A DNA stretch of 64,000 nt from Candidatus Thorarchaeota archaeon. GTDB taxonomy: Archaea; Asgardarchaeota; Thorarchaeia; Thorarchaeales; Thorarchaeaceae. Positions within the stretch are counted from its first letter, which is position 1. The number at the start of each line of letters is the position of its first letter. Under the pieces are notes generated by a model that had not been told where the DNA came from, did no database searches, and saw only the letters and a program-made list of their open reading frames with translations. Both the position numbers and the translations under genes were made by a program. Location: positions 1 to 64,000 of the forward strand of contig JBHIAE010000011.1 in the NCBI GenBank assembly GCA_046758445.1, written 5' to 3'. Below, piece after piece: positions 47,150-55,204 of this stretch.

Positions 47150-48145
47150 CTACAGACCATTCCTACGCCGGGCGACAGTTTCGGCCAGGATGCAGAGAAT
47201 CTCGTACATCATCGTAGCAGCGACGAGTGCGGTGTTTCCAAGCGGGTCGAATGGCGGAGCTACCTCCACCACATCACCACCGATTAAGTCTAGTCCGTTC
47301 AAGCCCCTCAACAAAGTCTGTGCCTTGACCGTGGTAATTCCTCCGACTTCCGGTGTTCCAGTACCAGGGGCGTAGACCGGGTCAAGGCCATCGACATCAA
47401 AAGAGATGTAGGTAGGGCCATCGCCAACCACACGACGAGCCTCAGCGATCACCGCTCCCACACCTAGCTTGGTAAACTCCTCCATGAAGATGACGCGCAT
47501 GCCGGAATCAAGGGAGAAGGTCCAGCCATCTTCAGTGTTCTGGGCACCCCGACAGCCAATCTGGACTGTTCGCTTTGGGTCGAGCAAACCCTCTTCGACC
47601 GCCCTGCGGATTGGTGTGCCATGACTGAACCTATAGCCCATTTCCTCATCGCTGGTGTCAGTGTGGGCGTCAATCTGGACCAAACCAACTGGCTGATCCG
47701 CTGCAATCGCTCGTAGTATCGGCAAGGTAATTGAGTGATCTCCCCCAGCACTCAAAGGCACGGCGCCTGCAGTGTGCACATTGTGATAGAACTCCGTTAT
47801 GACGTCTAGGGCTGCCTCCAGCTGAAATGGATTGGTAATCGGGACGTCACCCATGTCAGCGACTCGGCATAGCTCATAAGGGTTAACCCTAGTAACGTGA
47901 TGGATAGTGCGCAACAGGCTCGACTTGTTGCGGATCTCACGAGGCCCGTGACGCGCGCCTGCACGATTCTCGACTCCGCCATCGAAAGGTATACCGATGA
48001 GTGCGATATCCAACTTAGACGGGTCACGAACGAGAGGTGTGCGCATGAAGGTCGCGATGCCAGTATAGCGCGGAGCGAGCATAGAGTCGTAATTGTCGCC
48101 CACATCAGACTCCTGATTTGGAGATTCTTTGTCCATTTCTCCCAC
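47150..48145 (-). CDS. speB: Agmatinase / ureohydrolase (guanidinopropionase-like)
   Basis: GGDHSIT, DAHTD, SHGTP, SFDVDGLDP, PGTGTP, DVVEVAP. Confidence 0.88.
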   Translation of the reverse strand: MGEMDKESPNQESDVGDNYDSMLAPRYTGIATFMRTPLVRDPSKLDIALIGIPFDGGVENRAGARHGPREIRNKSSLLRTIHHVTRVNPYELCRVADMGDVPITNPFQLEAALDVITEFYHNVHTAGAVPLSAGGDHSITLPILRAIAADQPVGLVQIDAHTDTSDEEMGYRFSHGTPIRRAVEEGLLDPKRTVQIGCRGAQNTEDGWTFSLDSGMRVIFMEEFTKLGVGAVIAEARRVVGDGPTYISFDVDGLDPVYAPGTGTPEVGGITTVKAQTLLRGLNGLDLIGGDVVEVAPPFDPLGNTALVAATMMYEILCILAETVARRRNGL

Positions 48146-48517
48146 CTTTCATTTATACATCATACATTAATGCTATTCAACAGAGCCATCACATTAGTCC
48201 GTGCGATTTCAGGATACCGGTCCAGGGCTCGAGTACTTCACCTGCAGATAACTTCAAACTATGCGGATTGGATTTTGAAGTCTTTCCGACTGCCAAGACA
48301 ATCAAGTGTTTGGGTCTGGAGCGGACAAGGGCCGACCCCTGAAGCCGACCTGTACTATATGTCTGAAAAGAAAGCATGCGGGTCATGGCTGACGAATAAG
48401 GAAATGGTGGTTCTCCCGTTCTTCATATTCTGTCTTTCGAACCCGCGCACTTCAATGAACCATGAGATGAATGGCTGTCACTCCCGAAGCCTTCTGAGAT
48501 TTCGACTCACATGATGG

Positions 48518-48979
48518 AGAGCATAAACATCTGAACAGATGCGTGGTGATAGGTGTCGTGCTGCTTGCGGGGTGATCATATTTGTTGTGGTACTCTGGCA
48601 TGATGCTGGGAATGGAGCAACGACACTTGGGGACCTCAACTCTGGCTGAGTTTCTATTGGAACCGTGGTCACAGTGAAAGGGGAGTTTCCCTCAGCCACG
48701 CCATGGCCCTCAGACTATGGCCTCATCACCGTATGGGACGGATTTCACACCTGGACGGCAGCCTTCCTCTGAAATGGGAGAGTTCCACCGACTGCGTCCA
48801 CAGTAGCGGTTAGTGGGACATTTGAAACTGTACTCAGCCTGCGCGATGTGTCGATTCTCGAGGCGGTCTGGTTGTTCCCGTTGGTTCGTCACATGCTAGG
48901 AGCCATCCCTACGCCCCAAGTCAAAACAAAGCACTTAACTCCTGCTTTGGCCGTCTCCCAAACATTGAGCGAGATTTGA
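48518..48979 (+). pseudogene. Disrupted gene for a membrane-anchored OB-fold-like protein
   Basis: EHKHLNRCVVIGVVLLAG / frameshift at ~48570 / VIIFVVVLWHDAG..., with in-frame TGA at 48647 and 48770 inside GTVVTVKGEF...LITVWDG...TVAVSGTF. Confidence 0.55.
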
Positions 48980-49531
48980 ATGTCGAAGGAAGACGATGTA
49001 CTACCTTGGTGGCGAGGACGCCTCAAAGGGAACCAGCTCATGTCTGCTTTCTTCTCTAAGACATGGAACAAACTTGGCAATAGAGTTGCTGCGATGTTTC
49101 CGGATCACTACCGTGACCTCTATTACACTGCTGGCCGCTTGGCCGGACTGGAAGCACAAAAAGAGTACTTCAAGATTGGAAAGAAGAAGCCTCCCAGTAA
49201 TATCAAGGAAGTCGTCGGTGTCATAGAAACGACTCTTGAACGGCTCATCGTGCCTTTCGGTGACGTCAAGATTAGCAAGGTGCGCAAGATGTGGCAAGAC
49301 GAAGAGGCGACTATCGAGATCAAGGATAACCCATATGCGGTAGGACTAGAGAGCGAGAAGCCATCCTGTTTCTTCCTGAAAGGATTCATCGAGGCTGTCT
49401 TCGAGTACCTCACAGCCTTCGAGACTGACGAGTATGAGAAGTTGGCAGTAAACGAGGAGGCCTGCATGTCAGCAGGCGCCGAATCCTGCAAATTCAAGAT
49501 CACACGTGTCTCATCACGCTGGTTGGGGTAA
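48980..49531 (+). CDS. V4R (4-vinyl reductase) small-ligand-binding domain protein
   Basis: KPSCFFLKGFIEAVF...EEACMSAGAESCKFKI. Confidence 0.88.
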   Translation: MSKEDDVLPWWRGRLKGNQLMSAFFSKTWNKLGNRVAAMFPDHYRDLYYTAGRLAGLEAQKEYFKIGKKKPPSNIKEVVGVIETTLERLIVPFGDVKISKVRKMWQDEEATIEIKDNPYAVGLESEKPSCFFLKGFIEAVFEYLTAFETDEYEKLAVNEEACMSAGAESCKFKITRVSSRWLG

Positions 49532-49605
49532 ATCCGTCTATCATCCCGGTTCATGGCTGGTAGTTGGGTTTTTGGTGGACAACTGCCTACTATCAGGAGC
49601 TCAGA

Positions 49606-50562
49606 CTACATTCGGACGTAGTCTACGCGATGAGAATTGCCGCAACTTGGGCAAGCATACTGGTCCGGGCCCACCCAGTCAATACTCTCCCACGACATTG
49701 GAGCGTTGCAGTGCTCGCATCTGTTCTTGATTACTGGCTTTACAAAGACCGTGCCAGCGCCAGCCTCTGCAGAGGTGACCTGCATCTCCTCCCTGGTTTC
49801 TTGAGCAACCTGAGTAGCAACAGATGCGGTGTCGCTGTATGTGTATTGGGATAGAGGGTGTCGTGGGTTCACGTAAGTGAAGGTCCGTACAAGCCAGTCA
49901 AGGTTCTCCTTCGGAAGCGCGTCCCATGCCCTCTCCTGCCACATTCGCACGAGGTGGTCCTGCCTAGGAACCCTTCCTCTAATATCGAACTCTCCAGTTG
50001 TTGCCTTGATCCTTAGTCGGTTCCTCCTGGCCTCGAAAGTTTCAACCATATGTAGAGGGAACATGTAGAGCTTGTCTTTCTTGTCGTCAAACGCGTACAA
50101 ACGGTAGTTGGTCAGAATGAAAGCATCAGGCCAGTAAGTGAAGACCGACTCACCTCTGAGCCAGACATAGGTCTGATAGAAATGCTTTGAGAACCTACGG
50201 TGATAGCCTATTGTTGACCATCTGTTGTATGGATGATCCGGATGGACAAATGGAACACCACAGACTTCGCAGAGCTTTCGTTGGTCTCCAGCCCTGAGTT
50301 TCTCGAACTCTCGTAGACCCAATGCTCCTCTTAGCTCTTCTCTCCGTGGCATCGCACCCAACACATTGATGATGCCGTTGACGATTTTGAACATCCCTGA
50401 CCTCTGTGTCAGCTTATACTCCTTAATGACGTGCAAGGGAACGCTCACAGTGGTCCTCGAGCCGTTGTCGAACTGAGCAAATCTGTAGTTACTTATGACC
50501 GACTCGGAACCTTGAGAGAGGAGGCGTTCTCCCTCAATCGGGATGTAGACGGGAGCTGGCAT
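49606..50562 (-). CDS. Protein with two PH-like domains and zinc ribbons
   Basis: VISNYRFAQFD and FILTNYRLYAFD PH-type strands; CEVC; C-terminal CEHC...CPSC. ATG 50562 follows AAGGTGA. Confidence 0.6.
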   Translation of the reverse strand: MPAPVYIPIEGERLLSQGSESVISNYRFAQFDNGSRTTVSVPLHVIKEYKLTQRSGMFKIVNGIINVLGAMPRREELRGALGLREFEKLRAGDQRKLCEVCGVPFVHPDHPYNRWSTIGYHRRFSKHFYQTYVWLRGESVFTYWPDAFILTNYRLYAFDDKKDKLYMFPLHMVETFEARRNRLRIKATTGEFDIRGRVPRQDHLVRMWQERAWDALPKENLDWLVRTFTYVNPRHPLSQYTYSDTASVATQVAQETREEMQVTSAEAGAGTVFVKPVIKNRCEHCNAPMSWESIDWVGPDQYACPSCGNSHRVDYVRM

Positions 50563-50674
50563 CTGGATAATCACCTTTGTCAATGTTCTCTGTTCTGGAA
50601 ACAAGTCTGATGACTGACGCTAAAAAATCCACCGTGTAGGAACAAATCGCGCCTCGCACCGGGCACTTCAGACG

Positions 50675-50887
50675 TCACTGTTTTGGAATGACTATGTAAA
50701 GGACATCCTCGTATGCAAGGATGCCGAACCCACTTGGATTCTCGAGCTTGACATAGTCCTCGTGAACCTCGAAGACCTTCACGTTGAGGATTTTCGCTAG
50801 CGTGTCCTTCTGCATATACCTCAGGTAGACAGTGAATACCTGCTGCGTCGCCTTCAGATCCTCGAATATCGCTTTCCAGTCCGGCAT
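50675..50887 (-). CDS. Small beta-rich protein (possible Sm/Hfq-like fold)
   Basis: SD GGAGG. Helix then VFTVYL..VKVFEVHEDYVKL..ILAYEDVLYI. Confidence 0.65.
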   Translation of the reverse strand: MPDWKAIFEDLKATQQVFTVYLRYMQKDTLAKILNVKVFEVHEDYVKLENPSGFGILAYEDVLYIVIPKQ

Positions 50888-50963
50888 ATCAGTTCCTCCG
50901 ATAGGCGTTGACAGACTGGTAGAGGTGCATTTAACAGTTGTTGCCTGTGTGCTTGCTCTTCCT

Positions 50964-51476
50964 CTAGAAGAAAGGCAATCCCGAATTCGGCTTGAGTCCT
51001 AGGTTCTCAAGCAAGCCGAACAGAGTGTCTGTCACGTTGCCATTTCCAGAGAACATGAAGATGTGACTACCACAGCGGCCCCTGCAGTCTGATGAACCAA
51101 ACCCTATAGGTCCAATCTCGAAGTCTTTTTCCAGTTTGAGCTTCTCGGCAACTTCGCATTCAATTTCGCGTTCTGTTTCTGCCCAAACTACGCCGACAGG
51201 TAGACCTACTTTGTCAATCAGGAAATCTACATGCCAGTGAAGTGTCTTCTCGGTAGAGAAGTGCCTTCTAATCCGGCTCTCTAATCTTGTCGAGCCAATC
51301 CCCATTGCGGAGCCGACGTAGACCCATTCACCTGGAACGAAATCTACGTCACCAAGTGTTCCCATGGGGACTATCGCATTTTGCTGAATGTTGATGACAA
51401 GACAGTATACCCCTTTCACAGTTGAATTCTGGGTCATTGCTGATTGATAAGCATCACTGACTGGCGATACCATCAT
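50964..51476 (-). CDS. GIY-YIG (Uri/DUF123) family nuclease
   Basis: KGVYCL, YVGSAMG, RIRRH, HWHVDFL, ECEVA, GFGSSDC..C.SH. The start may be ATG 51437. Confidence 0.9.
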   Translation of the reverse strand: MMVSPVSDAYQSAMTQNSTVKGVYCLVINIQQNAIVPMGTLGDVDFVPGEWVYVGSAMGIGSTRLESRIRRHFSTEKTLHWHVDFLIDKVGLPVGVVWAETEREIECEVAEKLKLEKDFEIGPIGFGSSDCRGRCGSHIFMFSGNGNVTDTLFGLLENLGLKPNSGLPFF

Positions 51477-51490
51477 AAGGTGTCACAATC

Positions 51491-52453
51491 ATGGCAGAAG
51501 CGACAATGACCGCGATTGAGGTAGTTCCTGGAATATACGCCGTCAGAGGAAAGTTCGCTGACGAGTTCGGTTTCATTACTAGCTACCTAGTCATTGATAA
51601 TGACTGCGCCTTAGTCATTGACCCCGGAACAGCTGGGGACCCTGGACACAGAACATTAGAAGCGATACGCAACCTTGGGCTTGACCCGCGGAAGGATGTC
51701 ACAGGCATACTTTGCACGCATGGCCATCCGGATCATGTCGGTGGCGCGTATGGTCTCAAGAAAGCAACGAGTGCTCCAGTCATGATTCATACTGGCGATG
51801 CTGATGTTTTGGAAGACCCTCAACTCTTCATCACGGATCGACTCGCTCTTGATTTCTCAGAACGCTTGTCCATGAGGTTTGATAGAGGTCCTCTGCGTGT
51901 GAATTACAAGGGCCTGAAGGCAGACCGAATGTTATCGCACAGGGACAAGGTCGTTGTTGGAGAATTATCACTCGAAGTCTTGCATACAGGCGGCCACTGC
52001 ATCGGACATGTCATCCTCCATGACAGGGCTCGGAAGGTTGTCTTTACTGGTGATGAAGCAAGTAATTTCCCAAATGACCCAAGGAAGTTCTATCTTGACC
52101 TAACGGGGAGCATCTCCTCAAAGAGTGCTGCTTTGGCCACCTTGAAGTCTCTTAATGCTGAGTACCTTCTCCCATCTCATGACGTACCTCACCTCTTTGG
52201 TGATGTCAATCTGCTTCTGGAGCAGGTGAGTGATGGAGTTATTCACTTCCAAGACAGTCTTCTTCATCATCTGAGTGCTCGTGGTGAAGCTGATGTTGAA
52301 CAGCTGGTGTTTGACACAAAGCAGTCCCGAAGTGTCCCAATTCCGGTGACTTACCAGCGTCTACTCTCCACAACAATTCAAGTTGTACTCGAAGGCCTTG
52401 AGAGTGCTGGCCTTGTCAAGAGTGACGCCAAAGGTATCTGGACTCCCTCCTAG
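51491..52453 (+). CDS. MBL-fold metallo-hydrolase with C-terminal wHTH
   Basis: LVIDPG, THGHPDHVGG, HTGGHCIGH, FTGD, PSHD. Confidence 0.9.
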   Translation: MAEATMTAIEVVPGIYAVRGKFADEFGFITSYLVIDNDCALVIDPGTAGDPGHRTLEAIRNLGLDPRKDVTGILCTHGHPDHVGGAYGLKKATSAPVMIHTGDADVLEDPQLFITDRLALDFSERLSMRFDRGPLRVNYKGLKADRMLSHRDKVVVGELSLEVLHTGGHCIGHVILHDRARKVVFTGDEASNFPNDPRKFYLDLTGSISSKSAALATLKSLNAEYLLPSHDVPHLFGDVNLLLEQVSDGVIHFQDSLLHHLSARGEADVEQLVFDTKQSRSVPIPVTYQRLLSTTIQVVLEGLESAGLVKSDAKGIWTPS

Positions 52454-52578
52454 TCTTTACCTAGGCCATTCGAGCTACATTCAATAATCTGCTGTGCGGT
52501 TCTCTAGTGTCGTGGTTCGATATCTCAAGGGACCTTCGAATCATGAGGCCCATTCGTTTCATACAGGGCGGTCTTAAC

Positions 52579-55203
52579 ATGAGTAGATCCGACAAGAAGG
52601 CTGACACACCGAGTACCATTGAGGCCATCCGGATGGCATCAGCATCAGTCATTGGAACGACTACGAACCTTGGCTATCCACTTGGAAGTGCAGTCGGCAC
52701 CGGCAGTATGATGGAAGAGAACTCGGAAACAGTGGCTATGAACATCGCCCCTCTGGTCTTCTCCATAAGGGATTCTTTGAGCGACGCTGAGGGACTTGAG
52801 CTATTGTCACTCGAATGGGATTTGGTACGCACCCCAGGCCCTGGAGTACTACCGGAACAGTTAGTGGTTGCGGGCGGGATATCGGAGGGTGTGGGCTCAC
52901 ATGTGGTTGTACTGAGCTGGGAGCGGGGCGTGGTTGATCCTTTCAAGATTGACACTCATATGAAGACTCTCTCAAAGAAGATTGCTGACATTGAGAGCGC
53001 TGTGATAAGCAATGGAATGAGCTATGAAACCCATGGACTTCCAATACTTCGGAGGTTCAACGACCGTCTTAATCGTGTGACATTCGTGGAAATGCTAGAC
53101 CGTCGATTTCAAGGATCTTGGGATTCGCTTCAGATCAAGCCTGAACATGTGGACAAAGAAGCAATGGTCACTGTGAACTTTCGAGATGACTTCACACTCC
53201 TTCCCCCTGGTCCTAAAATCACTGAGCGCACTCTCTTTGAGTTCCTCCTCCCGAGGGAGAAGGATGAGGCACTCCTGCGCCACTTCCCGCATCGAATTCT
53301 TACTCCAACCGGCCTGGAGGCACTTGCTGTTAAGGTGCCAGAAGCCGGAAGAGCAATTCTGAACGAACTAAACATGTACGCTTACAGCATAGAGGAGTAC
53401 GACATTGCTAAAGCCGCAATCAGTCTGTTCACTAAGTTCCTCGGGCGCGAAGAGGTTGGCTTAAGAGATACGGCAGATATCCAGCAGGAACTGAAGAAGT
53501 TCTCGGGCCTGCTGTCCGGAGCGGTTGATGATTTTAGCAGGATCGCCGAGGAACATGTAGGATCTGGAAAGACTCTCTCTCTGCCTGAACATAAGTCTGA
53601 GCTTCTCTCGGGGATAGAACTTCATGAAGATGATTTTGTAGGATTCCGTCGCTTTATTGCGGATGAACTTGTCGAACAGATGATGAAGTCATTTCAGCGA
53701 GAGTTCTTCGATGTTAGAGAGGTAAGGGCTTGGCGCCTAAGAAGTGCAACTACATACTTCATTATCTTCGCAAGGCGTGTCGCACAGTACTTCACAAATG
53801 AACTAGGTCAGTATATGCTAGTCACATCGGCTCGAAAGGCATTCTTGACAGCACTCCAAGAATTCCGAGATGAAACAAAATCCCAAGCCTCGGATGCCGC
53901 AAATGAGATACTCTTTGAGAAGTTCTATTCTGAGCTTAGAGCTCAGATGAATGCGATTCTTGACAAGAAGACCTACGAAGGACAAACGTACCAGCGATTT
54001 GACGATATGCTCCGGACGATTGATATAGAGATGACAGAGGCCTTCGGTCATATCGATATGTGGGACCTCATTAGCTTCAGTGACGTTGCCGGGATTGCCA
54101 GGGATGAGATTGCCAAGAAATACGCGATTGAACAGGGAAGTGAGGAGCTTCACAGTACTGGACAGTCAATGTCAGAAATCCTTGAGGCATTCGAGAATCT
54201 TGTTGTGGAAGTCATCCCTAACGTCGCAGACACTCTGCTATCAAAGCCACTTCTCAGGAAGACGATTGATCGAATAACAACTGAGAATGCAGATCTGATA
54301 AAGGAGCTTGCACAGTTCATTGAGAGGGGTACTCAGAAGTCTGATGTTTGGAAGGAGGAGGCCCGCTCTTGGATCAAGGCATACGCTGAGTCAGTTGACC
54401 CGCAAATGAGTGCACCTGAAGGCATTCTAGCCCTGTTGCGGTTTGTGCACACAAAGGTTGGTCTCGGTTCAACGGCACAGGCAATAGTGGATAAACTGAC
54501 TTCCGAGGCTGACCTACGCGAGCGTGCCTATCAGATGATTGTGGAGGAATGGGAGGAAACATGCAGCAGGTTTGAAGCTGAAAACGAGCCCATTCGAGAG
54601 AACAACAAAAAGCGGGAGGAGATGACTGCACAGACCGAGATTCAGTACAAAGAGGAGATGGCTCAATACGAATCAGAGATGGAGAAATACCGTCAGGACA
54701 TTGAGGCTGCAAGATTGTTGCCTGAAGATGAACCTCAGCCAGACATTGAGAAGCCTAAGAGGCCCACGTCCTTGGACGTAAGACTTGTCGAGATTAACAA
54801 TCTGTATCCTCATCAGGAAGAGAAACCTCTTCCACCCAAACCCGTAGCTCCACCTGAGATGTTCCACTACGTAGAGCTTAGGAATCTTTTGGCGGAGAAA
54901 CTAAGTAGACTGGACGAAGCCCAGGAACGAATGCAGTCGCTCTTTGCTGACCGACTTGAGAAGATGCAGTCTGATGCAGCCAAGGCTTCTGGAGAGGTAA
55001 GAATCGAGCTTGGGGATGACCTGCTTGAGTACCTCAGAGATTCTCGTATCCGAGGACTCAGTAGACTCATACCTCGAGCGAGTAGAGCATATCTACGAGA
55101 CCCAAAGAAGCCTGAGATAGTCTACCTGGTGACCTACGAACATAGCGGAAATGAGCTGACGGTTACGATAGGTGACAACTATCTCAGAGAAGGAGGTGCA
55201 TGA
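52579..55203 (+). CDS. Large alpha-helical/coiled-coil hypothetical protein
   Basis: ~875 aa open frame with a long charged coiled coil near the C-terminus; ATG 52579. Confidence 0.8.
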   Translation: MSRSDKKADTPSTIEAIRMASASVIGTTTNLGYPLGSAVGTGSMMEENSETVAMNIAPLVFSIRDSLSDAEGLELLSLEWDLVRTPGPGVLPEQLVVAGGISEGVGSHVVVLSWERGVVDPFKIDTHMKTLSKKIADIESAVISNGMSYETHGLPILRRFNDRLNRVTFVEMLDRRFQGSWDSLQIKPEHVDKEAMVTVNFRDDFTLLPPGPKITERTLFEFLLPREKDEALLRHFPHRILTPTGLEALAVKVPEAGRAILNELNMYAYSIEEYDIAKAAISLFTKFLGREEVGLRDTADIQQELKKFSGLLSGAVDDFSRIAEEHVGSGKTLSLPEHKSELLSGIELHEDDFVGFRRFIADELVEQMMKSFQREFFDVREVRAWRLRSATTYFIIFARRVAQYFTNELGQYMLVTSARKAFLTALQEFRDETKSQASDAANEILFEKFYSELRAQMNAILDKKTYEGQTYQRFDDMLRTIDIEMTEAFGHIDMWDLISFSDVAGIARDEIAKKYAIEQGSEELHSTGQSMSEILEAFENLVVEVIPNVADTLLSKPLLRKTIDRITTENADLIKELAQFIERGTQKSDVWKEEARSWIKAYAESVDPQMSAPEGILALLRFVHTKVGLGSTAQAIVDKLTSEADLRERAYQMIVEEWEETCSRFEAENEPIRENNKKREEMTAQTEIQYKEEMAQYESEMEKYRQDIEAARLLPEDEPQPDIEKPKRPTSLDVRLVEINNLYPHQEEKPLPPKPVAPPEMFHYVELRNLLAEKLSRLDEAQERMQSLFADRLEKMQSDAAKASGEVRIELGDDLLEYLRDSRIRGLSRLIPRASRAYLRDPKKPEIVYLVTYEHSGNELTVTIGDNYLREGGA

Positions 55204-55204
55204 G

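Noticed and set aside
50964-51476. GIY-YIG gene as a homing endonuclease or mobile element
   Set aside because: It matches the stand-alone archaeal DUF123 type, with no intron, intein, terminal repeats or integrase nearby.
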